Part shown: positions 29,083-38,434 of the stretch, one piece after another | How positions within the stretch are numbered: position 1 is the stretch's first letter | How the letters are laid out: the number at the start of each line of letters is the position of its first letter | NCBI GenBank assembly: GCA_025934435.1 | Contig: JAICYB010000001.1 | Coordinates: 131,293 to 195,292, forward strand | Length of the DNA: 64,000 nt | Direction: 5' to 3' | Source: Actinomycetes bacterium | GTDB lineage: Bacteria; Actinomycetota; JAICYB01 | Program-made: the position numbers and the translations under genes | Notes under the pieces: model-generated | Databases searched by the model: none | Told to the model about the DNA's origin: nothing | The model's input: the letters and a program-made list of their open reading frames with translations, nothing else

Positions 29083-29110
29083 GGGCCCGCCGGCTTAGGC
29101 CGGCGGGCCC
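29083..29110. terminator. Bidirectional terminator hairpin (gggcccgccgg-cttagg-ccggcgggccc) between convergent genes
   Basis: 11-bp perfect stem; the right arm overlaps the last SURF1 codons. Confidence 0.5.
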
Positions 29111-29817
29111 TTCCTCTTGGACTCGCGTCGGATGAACGCCGCGTAGCCGACCGCGCCGACGAGCATGAACAGGAACCACTGCACGGCGTAAGCACGATGC
29201 GGTCCTTCCGTGAGTTCCGGCGGCGCTTCGTAGAGCGGCAGCTTGTTCGCCGGACGCTGCTGTCGTAGCAACACGTACGCGTCGCTCATCGAGAGCGCGT
29301 ACGGAAGCTGCTTGCCGATGCGCCTCACCCCGACGTAGTTGACCGCATCGACCTTGCCGGTCGGAGGGATGTCCGGACTGAAGATGCGTTTGCGCTCCGC
29401 CGGAAGGACGAGACCGGTGATCCTCACCGTGCCGCTCGGCGGCGCGGTCTTCGTCTCGCGCGGTCTCGTCACATCGAGGGGCACCCAGCCCCGGTCGACG
29501 AGGATCGCTCGTCCGTCGGTCAGCACGAGCGGAGTCACGAGATCGTTCCCTGAGTCCTCCTCGTTCCGCACCTGTGACCGCAGCAGCACCTCGTTCGAAA
29601 CGTCGAAGCGGCCGGTGGCGACGACGCGGCGGTAGGGCTCGCCGACGACGCCGCGGTCGAGGTTCACCGGAGACATCGCTTCGGCGGTTCGGACCTGACG
29701 GTTGTGTGCCTGGCGTTCGCGCAAGCGGTGGATCTGCCAGAAGCCGGCGAGACAGAACAACGCCAGGATGACGACCACGATCAGATGCCGGACGATCCAC
29801 CTCGGCGTGAAGAACAC
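29095..29817 (-). CDS. SURF1 family protein (cytochrome oxidase assembly)
   Basis: N- and C-terminal TM helices flanking a periplasmic domain; LVTPLVLTDGRAILVDRGWVP motif. Confidence 0.7.
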   Translation of the reverse strand: MFFTPRWIVRHLIVVVILALFCLAGFWQIHRLRERQAHNRQVRTAEAMSPVNLDRGVVGEPYRRVVATGRFDVSNEVLLRSQVRNEEDSGNDLVTPLVLTDGRAILVDRGWVPLDVTRPRETKTAPPSGTVRITGLVLPAERKRIFSPDIPPTGKVDAVNYVGVRRIGKQLPYALSMSDAYVLLRQQRPANKLPLYEAPPELTEGPHRAYAVQWFLFMLVGAVGYAAFIRRESKRKGPPA

Positions 29818-29819
29818 GG

Positions 29820-30947
29820 TCAGCGAGCGATGCGAACGACGTCGACCGGTTCGTCGAAGCCTTTCAGGATCTCGGGGCCGCAGTCGTCGACGTCCACACC
29901 GGCGATCTTCGGGCCGATCTCAGCCGGCGCCAGCACGCCGCCCGGCGGTGCGAGCTTCACGAGTCGAGCGGCAAGGTTCACGACCGGTCCGAAGTAGTCG
30001 CCTTCCCGTGTGACGACCTTGCCGTCGGCGATGCCGATGCGTACCGGTGGTACGTCCTTCCTGTTGCGGAAGGTCTCGGCGAGCGAGAGCGCGATCTCGA
30101 CGCCGCCGGCGGCATCGGTGGCGACGAACATCACTTCGTCCCCGATCAGCTTCACGACGTGACCACCCTTCTCCGTGATGAGATCCGACGCGTCGGTTTC
30201 AAACGTCCGGAGGACGGCCGCCAGTTCCTCGGTCGAGAGTTGCTGCGAGAGCGCGGTGTAGCCGACGAGATCACAGAAGCCGATCGCCCGGTCGATGGTG
30301 TCGACACCGCCCCAGTCCTGTCCGAGGAGGAGCGCGTCCGTCCGCGTGCGTTGCTCGATGTTGCGGCGCAGGAGGACGTCCATCGTCTGGACGGCTGCGG
30401 GGAGCAGGTCCATCGCCGTCTCGTTCGCCGCAACGATGTCGTCGTCCGTGAAGCCCTCGTGTTTGCTCTGCTCGCCGATCGCGTAGACGAACGCGGAGAT
30501 GAAAGCGTCCGCGCAGCGGGCCATCGAGTTGCCGATGACCCGCACGACCTGCAGGGCGTCGTCCTCGCCGAAGAAGTCGCTCGCCGCTTGGAAGAGCCGG
30601 AGTGCTTGGATGTCGTCGTCCGTGAAGACGGGTTCGTCCGGCGCGGGGTTCGCGAAGCCGCACGCGAGGTTGAGGCGTCCGAACCTTTCGAAGGAGAGGC
30701 CGGCGCGCTCGGCCGCTTCGGCGAGGGTGTAGCGATGCGCTTCGCGCTTGGCGCTTTCCCGCATCGCTTCCAGCACGCCCTGTGTCGTCCCGAGGAGCCC
30801 GGCGATGGTGTCGAGGTCGAGCGCCGCGGCGAGGTTGCGGGCGCGCTCGACGCGCGTGGATGACGGCTGCGAGAGCCCTTCGATGATCTTCGCGAGCTTC
30901 TTCGCTCGCTTCGGGGGTTCGTCGGTCACTTCCATATCATCCTTCAC
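29820..30947 (-). CDS. Class III adenylate/guanylate cyclase with N-terminal HTH-containing regulatory domain
   Basis: IGFCDLVGYTALS...KLIGDEVMFV...GPVVNLAARL cyclase catalytic motifs. Confidence 0.8.
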   Translation of the reverse strand: MKDDMEVTDEPPKRAKKLAKIIEGLSQPSSTRVERARNLAAALDLDTIAGLLGTTQGVLEAMRESAKREAHRYTLAEAAERAGLSFERFGRLNLACGFANPAPDEPVFTDDDIQALRLFQAASDFFGEDDALQVVRVIGNSMARCADAFISAFVYAIGEQSKHEGFTDDDIVAANETAMDLLPAAVQTMDVLLRRNIEQRTRTDALLLGQDWGGVDTIDRAIGFCDLVGYTALSQQLSTEELAAVLRTFETDASDLITEKGGHVVKLIGDEVMFVATDAAGGVEIALSLAETFRNRKDVPPVRIGIADGKVVTREGDYFGPVVNLAARLVKLAPPGGVLAPAEIGPKIAGVDVDDCGPEILKGFDEPVDVVRIAR

Positions 30948-30948
30948 G

Positions 30949-31737
30949 ATGCCGGACCCGCTCGACTCGGCCCTCGACCGCCTCTACGGCGTGCCGCTCG
31001 ATGAGTTCACCGCGACGCGGAACACGCTCGCGAAGGAACTCACGGGCGACGACGCACGGCAGGTGAAAGCACTGAAGAAGCCGAACATCGCGGCGTGGGC
31101 CCTGAACCAGCTCGCGCGCCGCGATGACCTCTCCGTGCTCTTCGACGCCACGGACAAGCTCCGTCGCGCGCAGCGCCGGGTGCTTTCCGGCGGGAAGGCG
31201 AGCGAGCTCCGCGCCGCGACGGACGAGCGCAATCGCGTCGTCTCCGGGCTCACGAAGCGCGCCGCGGACGTGCTCGAGGAGGCGGGCCATGCGGCGGCGG
31301 CGTCGACCCTCTCGGCGATCAGCGACACGTTCGTCGCCGTCGCATCCGACGACGTGGGGGCCGAGCTCCTCCGGAAGGGTCGCCTGACCCGCGAGCTCCA
31401 TCCGCAGTCCGTCGTCGACGTCGGAGGCTTGACGCTCGTCGAATCACCCGACGAGGACGAAGCCCTCCCCGATCTCGGCGCCCTCGAGGCCGCCCGCGCC
31501 GCCGTGGACGAGGCGCGCGCGAGAGTGAAGGACGCGCAGGCCGCCGTCAGCGAGGCGAACCGCGAGGCCGAGCACCTGTCGCACGAAGCCGACCGAGCCG
31601 AGCGAGCCGCGACGGCCGCACGGGAGTCGGCCGAGTTCGCGCGGCGCGCGGCGGACGCGCGGAAGGGCGAGCTCGATGACGCGGAGCGATCGCTCGCGGA
31701 AGCGCGCGAGGCGCTACGGGACGCTCAGCGTTCGTAG
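30949..31737 (+). CDS. Hypothetical protein with Ala/Arg/Glu-rich C-terminal coiled coil
   Basis: Start at MPDPLDSALDRLYGVPLDEF, divergent from the cyclase. Confidence 0.5.
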   Translation: MPDPLDSALDRLYGVPLDEFTATRNTLAKELTGDDARQVKALKKPNIAAWALNQLARRDDLSVLFDATDKLRRAQRRVLSGGKASELRAATDERNRVVSGLTKRAADVLEEAGHAAAASTLSAISDTFVAVASDDVGAELLRKGRLTRELHPQSVVDVGGLTLVESPDEDEALPDLGALEAARAAVDEARARVKDAQAAVSEANREAEHLSHEADRAERAATAARESAEFARRAADARKGELDDAERSLAEAREALRDAQRS

Positions 31738-32988
31738 ATCGGCGGCGCTTCGTCCCGCCGTCCATCCGATGATGCGGATGGCGGCGTTCGAAACCGGTTC
31801 GAGACTTGCGACGTGGATCTTGTCGACGGTGTCCTGCGAATCGAAGAGATACATCGGTGCGGCGAGGAAGTTCACGAGCGGGACGCCGGCTGTGTGATAG
31901 AAACCGCCGTCCGTCGTCGGCCACTCGCCGAAGGCGTCCGGCGGCAGGATGAACGAGCGTCTCACACCTTCGGTCCGCAGCGCGTGCTCGACGGCGTCGA
32001 TCAACTCGTCGTTGCGACTGACGAACCACCAGGCCGTCTCCGGCGCGTCCTTCGTGCGGAGCTCGCCGTTTTCACCGTAGGACTCTTTCGCGGTGTGCTC
32101 GAGATGTACTTCCAGCACGACGTGGTCCATCAGTTCGCGGTGCGCGTCGATGAACGCGCGGCAACCCACACCGTGCACCATGTGTCCCGCTTGCACGACG
32201 AAGATCATGTTGTGCGGACGGTGTGTTTGTGACGCCCAGTACTTCGCCTGCGCGAGGACGAGCGCTATCCCGGACGCGTCCTCGACGGCGGAGACCCACG
32301 GACCGTCGTGATGCGATCCGACGATGACGAACTCGTCCGAATCGCCGGGCAGCGTCCCGACGACGTTGTGACATGTGACGTCCTCGCGCGTTGACTTCAC
32401 GCTCAGGGTTGCCCGTTGTCCTTCGTGCAGTTTCGCACCCGTCGACTTCGACACCCAGACGCCGGGGATCGGACGCAGCTCTCCGTCGTACGGCACGTAG
32501 TAGTCGCAGGAGTCCCACGGTGCGTCGAAGATGCCGACGAACGCCTTCTTGCCGGCCTCGATGGACGGTTCCATGACGGCTTGGAGCCGGCGTCCGAACG
32601 GAAGCGTCTGATGGAGCGTGTCGAAGTCGCCGTCGGGATCGATCGTGCGGAGTGCGATCCGTTCCCGGACGAAGCTCTGCGGCCACGAGTTGAGCGTCAC
32701 GGTTTCGAGCGCGATCTCCTCGCCGAGCACACCCTCGACCGTGCCGGCTTGCGTATGGGGGAGCGGGAAGCAGTCGTGCGTCGTCCCGTCGACGGTCAGC
32801 GACCACTCCGTCGGCTCCCACCGCGGCAACGCAACGGGCTCGAGGTGTACCTCTTCGAGACCGAACTCGGTGAACCGCTCCGCGATGAAGCTCTCGCTGA
32901 AACGGTCTGCGTCGTAGCCCGGACGGCGGACACCCTGCGCGCAGATCGTTTCGATCCACGCCGTCATCTCCGCCGCCGACGGCCTCAC
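31714..32988 (-). CDS. M28 family zinc peptidase-like protein
   Basis: CHNVVGTLPGDSDEFVIVGSHHDGPW metal-binding region; start overlaps the glyA stop by 4 nt. Confidence 0.6.
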   Translation of the reverse strand: MRPSAAEMTAWIETICAQGVRRPGYDADRFSESFIAERFTEFGLEEVHLEPVALPRWEPTEWSLTVDGTTHDCFPLPHTQAGTVEGVLGEEIALETVTLNSWPQSFVRERIALRTIDPDGDFDTLHQTLPFGRRLQAVMEPSIEAGKKAFVGIFDAPWDSCDYYVPYDGELRPIPGVWVSKSTGAKLHEGQRATLSVKSTREDVTCHNVVGTLPGDSDEFVIVGSHHDGPWVSAVEDASGIALVLAQAKYWASQTHRPHNMIFVVQAGHMVHGVGCRAFIDAHRELMDHVVLEVHLEHTAKESYGENGELRTKDAPETAWWFVSRNDELIDAVEHALRTEGVRRSFILPPDAFGEWPTTDGGFYHTAGVPLVNFLAAPMYLFDSQDTVDKIHVASLEPVSNAAIRIIGWTAGRSAADLRTLSVP

Positions 32989-34250
32989 GACAGACCGGGG
33001 GCCTGGAAGGCCGAGGTCAGCTCCTTCACCTCACCGAAGATCGCGTCGATGGCGTCGTCGTCCTTGCGCTTCGCGGCCTCGACGGCTTCGTCCATGAAGC
33101 GCGCGATGTGCGACATCTCCGTCTCCTTCATCCCGCGTGAGGTGATCGCCGGCGTGCCGAGGCGGATGCCGGACGGCGAGAACGGTTTGCGCGGATCGAA
33201 CGGCACTGTGTTGTAGTTCAGCTCGATGCCGGCACGGTCGAGCGCCTTCGCCGCTTTCTTTCCGGTGATCTCTTTGTTGGTGAGATCGATCAGGATCAGG
33301 TGGTTGTCCGTTCCGCCGCTCACGAGGTCGAAGCCGCGCGCGAGCAACCCTTCCGCGAGCGCTTTCGCGTTCGCGACGATCTGGCGCGCGTACGTCTTGA
33401 AGTCTTCGGTCGCCGCTTCCTTCAGCGCCACGGCGATCGCCGCCGTCGTGTGATCGTGCGGACCACCCTGCAGACCGGGGAAGACGGCTTTGTCGAGCGG
33501 TTCGCTGTGTGCTTCGTCCGACATCAGCATCGCGCCGCGCGGACCGCGTAGCGACTTGTGCGTTGTGGTCGAGATGACGGGCGCGTAACCGACGGGGGAC
33601 GGGTGCGCACCGCCCGCGATGAGTCCGGCGATGTGCGCGATGTCGGCGACGAGAAGCGCGTCGACCTCTTTCGCGATCTCGGCGAAGGCCGGGAAGTCGA
33701 TCGTGCGCGGGATGGCCGTGCCCCCACAGAAGATGATCTTCGGACGATTCTGTTTGGCGATGTCGCGAACTTCGTCGAAGTCGATGCGTCCCGTATCACG
33801 GCGAACCCCGTACTGCACGGCGTTCATCCAACGACCGGAAAGCGTCGGTGCGGCGCCGTGGGTGAGGTGGCCGCCCATCGGGAGCGCCATGCCCATCACG
33901 GTGTCGCCGGGCTGCGCGAACGCGAAGTACACGGCGAGGTTCGCGGGGGAACCGGAGTACGGCTGCACGTTCGCGTGATCCACGCCGAACAGTGCCTTCG
34001 CGCGTTCCACGGCGAGCGTCTCGACCTCGTCGATCAGCTGGTTGCCTTCGTAGTAGCGCTTGCCGGCGTAACCCTCGGAGTACTTGTTCGTGAGGACGGA
34101 TCCCGTCGCCTCGAGCACCGCTTTGGAGACGTAGTTCTCGGACGGGATCAGCCGGATCTTGTCGCGCTGCCGGTCCTCCTCGGCACCGATGAGACGCGCG
34201 ATCTCGGGATCGGTGCTCGCAAGCACGGTGTCACGCTCGGTGAGCGTCAT
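32985..34250 (-). CDS. glyA: Serine hydroxymethyltransferase
   Basis: IRLIPSENYVSKAVLEATGSVLTNKYSEGYAGKRYY...HLTHG GlyA signature. Confidence 0.9.
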   Translation of the reverse strand: MTLTERDTVLASTDPEIARLIGAEEDRQRDKIRLIPSENYVSKAVLEATGSVLTNKYSEGYAGKRYYEGNQLIDEVETLAVERAKALFGVDHANVQPYSGSPANLAVYFAFAQPGDTVMGMALPMGGHLTHGAAPTLSGRWMNAVQYGVRRDTGRIDFDEVRDIAKQNRPKIIFCGGTAIPRTIDFPAFAEIAKEVDALLVADIAHIAGLIAGGAHPSPVGYAPVISTTTHKSLRGPRGAMLMSDEAHSEPLDKAVFPGLQGGPHDHTTAAIAVALKEAATEDFKTYARQIVANAKALAEGLLARGFDLVSGGTDNHLILIDLTNKEITGKKAAKALDRAGIELNYNTVPFDPRKPFSPSGIRLGTPAITSRGMKETEMSHIARFMDEAVEAAKRKDDDAIDAIFGEVKELTSAFQAPGLS

Positions 34251-34277
34251 ATGGGCCTCCTATATTCCGTTGCGACC

Positions 34278-34370
34278 GCCGAGGCCCAGGCGTAACGGCA
34301 AGCGGTCTATGCGTCGCTCCCCGCCGGTCGGTTCCGGCTGAGACGCCTACGCCAGTCGCGACGCGCGGCC
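34278..34370 (-). ncRNA. ZTP (pfl-motif) riboswitch in the glyA 5' leader
   Basis: Minus-strand RNA CGCGACUGGCGUAGG...GCCGGAACCGACCGGCGGGGAGCG...linker...ACGCCUGGGCC contains the GACUGGCG, CCGG..GGAGCG and CGCCUGGGC hallmarks. glyA is a classic ZTP-regulated gene. Confidence 0.55.
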
Positions 34371-34407
34371 AGCGTATGCGCCGCCCCCGACGCCGTCAAC
34401 GGGCCTG

Positions 34408-36789
34408 CTATCCCGTGCAGACCCCGAAGCACCCACGCGGGCGCGAACCGATCGTGAACCGCCGTCTCGCGGCCGTCGGATCGACGTTGCCGGAAGCGTC
34501 CTTCGCCTTGACGCGGAAGAGGTGGCTTCCGGGTCGCAGGTGCCGGTACGTCTTCGGGCTCGCGCACGGCCGGAACCGGTGGCGGTCGAGACTGCAGAGG
34601 AACGTCGCGTTCGGCGTCGACGAGCGGAACCAGAAGCGCGCGGTGTGCCCTCTGATCGACATGTGCCGTATCGCGGTGTTCGGCGCTCCGCCGGCCGCGG
34701 ACGTGATCTTCGTGACGAAGCCGTCGAAGCTGCCACCGGGGCTCGTCTGGAACGCGCCCGCGGTGACCGGGAAGTCGATCGAGTTCGTCCGACCGGTCAC
34801 GAACGTCCCGCCGGCATCATCGACCGCGAGCCCGAAGCCCTGTTCGAAGCCGGGCCCGCCGAGGTAGGTCGAAGAGTCGAGCGAGTCTCCGCCGACGGAC
34901 AGCGTCGTGACGAAGGCGTCGACCGTTCCGCCGTACGTCGGCTGCACCGCGCCCGGAGTCACCGGGAAGTCGGCGGAGTCCGTCTCTCCTGTGACGGATG
35001 CCGATCCGGCGGCGTCGACGGCGATCGCCTGTCCGTTCTCGGTATTGGCTCCGCCGAGATACGTCGAATAATCAAGCGACATCCCGTTGTCGGAAAGCTT
35101 CGTCACGAAGGCGTCGTTGATCCCGTGGATCGACGTTGCGAACGCGCCCGGCGTCACCGGGAAGTCTGAAGACTCGGATGTGCCCGCCACGTAGGCGTGA
35201 CCGGTGCTGTCGACCGCGACCGCGAAGGCCGTGTCGTAGGAGGATCCACCGAGGTAGGTGGAGTAGTCGAAAGATGTCCCGGACGGCGAGACCTTGGTCG
35301 CGAAGGCATCCACGAACCCACCGAACGCCGGCTGGAACGCGTTCGTCACCGGGAAGTCCGTGGACTGGGTCCGGCCCGATACATAGGCCGAGCCCGTCGC
35401 GTCGACGGCCACCCCGCCGACCTCCTCGATGTCCGATCCCCCGAGGTACGTCGAGTACACAAGTGATGTGCCGTCCGTGGAGATCTTCGACACGAACGCA
35501 TCGCTCGAGCCACCGACCGTCGTCTGCGCCGAGCCTGCGGTCACCGGGAGATTCGCGGAGTCGGTGAGACCGGCGACGTAGGCGCTTCCTGCCTGATCGA
35601 CGGCGATCCCAGCGCCTGAGTCACCTCCCGACCCTCCGAGGTACGTCGAGTAGAGCAGCGATGTTCCGTCCGCCGAGAGCTTGGTGACGAAGGCATCGTC
35701 GAAGCCGCCCAAGCTTCCGCTGAAAGCTCCGAGCGTCACCGGGAAATCGGTCGAGGACGTGTCACCGGTGATGTAAGCCGACCCGTTTCCGTCGACGGCG
35801 ATGCCCGTCCCTTGATCGCTATCCGACCCGCCGATGTACGTGGAGTACACGAGCGATGTTCCGTCCGGCGAGAGTTTCGTCACGTAGGCATCCGGGGAGA
35901 CGGCAAGCGTTGTTTGGAAGGCGCCCGGCGTCACCGGGAAATCGGCGGAGTCGGTCGATCCGGTGACGTAAGCGGACCCGCTGCTGTCGACGGCGATCGC
36001 CGAACCTTGATCGACGTCCGCCCCGCCGAGATATGTCGAGTAGTCCATCACTTGGGGGTCGATCACGAGTTGCTTCGAGGAGTCGTGGCGGCCGGCACGG
36101 AAGGAGAACCTCGAGCCGTGGAGCCGGATCGACGCCGGGACGTTCTTCCGCTTCCGATCGACGACTTGATAGGCGTGGGGCGACGTATGCGTCAAAGTTC
36201 CGGCAGGGGTTGCGATCTGCAGCCCACCGCGACGCAGTGCGAGGGACGTTGCACCGACGACGTCGAACGCCGCGTTCAGGGCGGCGTGCGGAGCGGCCAC
36301 GACGTCGTATTCGAGCGCGCCGCTTCGTCCCTCGTAGAACACGACGTCGACACCGGGCCAGAGGTCGTGGTAACGAACGCGCGAGAAGCCGCGTACGCCG
36401 CGCACCCACTTCGACGTGTCGCGTCCGGAGATGTAGTTCGACGTACCGGACTGTTGGCCGCTTCCGGTGATGAGGGGCGTGCGGTTCGCGCCGACGGGAC
36501 GCAAGCGGACGACCGCGGCTCGCTTCGCGTGGTTGCCGGTCAGGGACAGAACTATCTCGGTGGGTGTGAAGAAGATCGTCGCACCGGGTTCACGCGCGAG
36601 GTAACGCACGTGCGCGTCCGACTGTCCGCGATTCTCTTCGAAACGGAGGGGGAGGTGCGTCGTGGGCTTCGATGCGGGTCGCGCGACCTTCGGTGTAGCT
36701 CCCACGCTCGGCGGGACGAGGCACGCGGCCAGCGACAAGATGACGACGATCGCGCACAGATACGGCGCGCGGAAGAACAGCTTTCGCAT
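34408..36789 (-). CDS. Secreted SBBP (beta-propeller) repeat protein
   Basis: Start MRKLFFRAPYLCAIVVILSLAAC (ATG 36789). About 10 repeats of YSTYLGG...G.AVD..G.AYV.G.T.S.DFPVT.GAF. Confidence 0.75.
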   Translation of the reverse strand: MRKLFFRAPYLCAIVVILSLAACLVPPSVGATPKVARPASKPTTHLPLRFEENRGQSDAHVRYLAREPGATIFFTPTEIVLSLTGNHAKRAAVVRLRPVGANRTPLITGSGQQSGTSNYISGRDTSKWVRGVRGFSRVRYHDLWPGVDVVFYEGRSGALEYDVVAAPHAALNAAFDVVGATSLALRRGGLQIATPAGTLTHTSPHAYQVVDRKRKNVPASIRLHGSRFSFRAGRHDSSKQLVIDPQVMDYSTYLGGADVDQGSAIAVDSSGSAYVTGSTDSADFPVTPGAFQTTLAVSPDAYVTKLSPDGTSLVYSTYIGGSDSDQGTGIAVDGNGSAYITGDTSSTDFPVTLGAFSGSLGGFDDAFVTKLSADGTSLLYSTYLGGSGGDSGAGIAVDQAGSAYVAGLTDSANLPVTAGSAQTTVGGSSDAFVSKISTDGTSLVYSTYLGGSDIEEVGGVAVDATGSAYVSGRTQSTDFPVTNAFQPAFGGFVDAFATKVSPSGTSFDYSTYLGGSSYDTAFAVAVDSTGHAYVAGTSESSDFPVTPGAFATSIHGINDAFVTKLSDNGMSLDYSTYLGGANTENGQAIAVDAAGSASVTGETDSADFPVTPGAVQPTYGGTVDAFVTTLSVGGDSLDSSTYLGGPGFEQGFGLAVDDAGGTFVTGRTNSIDFPVTAGAFQTSPGGSFDGFVTKITSAAGGAPNTAIRHMSIRGHTARFWFRSSTPNATFLCSLDRHRFRPCASPKTYRHLRPGSHLFRVKAKDASGNVDPTAARRRFTIGSRPRGCFGVCTG

Positions 36790-36884
36790 CGCAAGATCCC
36801 CCATCCATCTCGGCGCGGTTTCACCACGGTCACGCTGCCGCGGAAAACGGTACAACAGAACCGCGCCGGCGTCATGGGTCGGAT

Positions 36885-36895
36885 GCGATATATCG
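36885..36895. promoter_or_regulatory. Perfect palindrome GCGATATATCG (third copy of the motif found upstream of the DUF4097-PadR operon)
   Basis: Seen directly, in the divergent region between the SBBP gene and the small gene at 36939. Confidence 0.3.
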
Positions 36896-36938
36896 GCCGG
36901 TGAAGTAGTTGCGGGCGTTTTGGGGCATCCTCGTTCCG

Positions 36939-37252
36939 TGGCCGAGATCCCGAAGACGCCCGTCGGACGCCATCTGGGCTGGGTGCTCGATGTGCTGCGA
37001 AGTGCTCCGTCCGCCGAAGAAGTGGGCAAGCACTTCTCGCGGACGCTCCTTTCGCAAACGCCCCCGGAAACGCTGGTGCAGATCTTGGAGCTGCGCGCGG
37101 GCGAGCTGCGGGGGTTCGTCCTCGGCCGATTCGAGCACGAAGCGCAGCGAGAGCTGATCGCCATCCTCGAGCGTCCGGACGGATCGGCCTACCGGTTGCA
37201 CGTGGGCGTCGACGATCAGCGGATCACGCAGTTCTCGCTGACGCCCGTGTAG
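36939..37252 (+). CDS. Hypothetical small protein
   Basis: GTG start assumed: VAEIPKTPVGRHLGWVLDVLRS...ILERPDGSAYRLHVGVDDQRITQFSLTPV. Start uncertain. Confidence 0.3.
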
Positions 37253-37273
37253 GTCCCTGATAGCGTTTCGGCG

Positions 37274-38425
37274 ATGCGGGGACAGGACTTGCGTCGTCAC
37301 GCCGCCGACGCGCGGATCCAGCTCACGGCGATCGGGCTCGTCATCGTTCTGACCTTCTTCGCCGTGGCCTTCCGTGGCGGCCCGAAGCCGATCGCGGTCG
37401 GCAAGATCGACAGCACGCCGTCGCCGACCGTCGTGCCGATCGTGCCGGAAGGCCGTCCGGTCCCGCCGGCCTTGAACCCGAACCCCCTGCTCGGCGCGAG
37501 CGGCTCGGGTCCCGGCGGAGCGCTCGCGTTCCGCGGGGCGGTGAACGTGCCGAAGGATCTGCAGTTCTTCCTCGTGGTCGGAAGCGACGCGCGTCCCGGT
37601 GAGGCCTACGACCACACGCGGGGTGATTCGTTACACATCGTCGCGATCGATCCGCGCATCCGGAAAGGGACGGTGCTCGGCATCCCGCGCGACAGCTACG
37701 TCCCCATCCCGGGACACGGCACGCAGAAGATCAATTCGGCGCTGGCGTACGGCGGCCCGCGATTGCTCGCGCAGACGATCCACAACCTGACGGGCTTCCC
37801 GATCTCGTATTACGCGGTGACGGGGTTCGACGGATTCGTGAAGATCACGAACGCCCTCGGCGGCGCCGACATCTACGTGCCGTACGACATGGACGATCGC
37901 GCGTACTCCGGCGCCGACTTCAAGAAGGGCTGGCACCACATGGACGGCAACCAGGTGCTTGCATTCAGCCGCGATCGTCACAGCCTTGCCAATGGAGACT
38001 TCGGCCGCTCGTTCAACCAGGGGAGCGTGATCCTCGACGCACTGACGAAACTGCGTGCGCAGACTTCGGACGAGAGCGGCATCCGCAAGTGGTTGCATAT
38101 TTTGTTCGCGTATGCGCGTCTCGATCTGAACTTCGAAGACGCCGTTCGTCTCGGCATCTTCGCCCGGCAGCTCGCTCCCGCCAACCTCATCAACGTCGTG
38201 ACGCCGGGTACATCTCGCAACGTCGGCGGACAGAGCGTCGTCGTGCTCGGCGACGACGCGTACCGGTTGTTCCGCGACATCGGCGCCGACGCGCTCGCCG
38301 ACGGCAAGGAGCACCGCGAAGCGCCGCCGCCGACGCCCAAGCCCGCCGCTCCGACGCCGACGCCCCGGCCGACACCGCCGGCGATCCTCCCGTCGCCGAC
38401 GCCGCACGGCATCCTTCCTCTCTAG
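37274..38425 (+). CDS. LCP (LytR-CpsA-Psr) family cell-envelope phosphotransferase
   Basis: N-terminal TM; FFLVVGSDARPGE...DSLHIVAID...GIPRDSYVPIPGHGTQKINSA LCP core; Pro-rich tail. Confidence 0.8.
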   Translation: MRGQDLRRHAADARIQLTAIGLVIVLTFFAVAFRGGPKPIAVGKIDSTPSPTVVPIVPEGRPVPPALNPNPLLGASGSGPGGALAFRGAVNVPKDLQFFLVVGSDARPGEAYDHTRGDSLHIVAIDPRIRKGTVLGIPRDSYVPIPGHGTQKINSALAYGGPRLLAQTIHNLTGFPISYYAVTGFDGFVKITNALGGADIYVPYDMDDRAYSGADFKKGWHHMDGNQVLAFSRDRHSLANGDFGRSFNQGSVILDALTKLRAQTSDESGIRKWLHILFAYARLDLNFEDAVRLGIFARQLAPANLINVVTPGTSRNVGGQSVVVLGDDAYRLFRDIGADALADGKEHREAPPPTPKPAAPTPTPRPTPPAILPSPTPHGILPL

Positions 38426-38434
38426 AGTCGAGGC

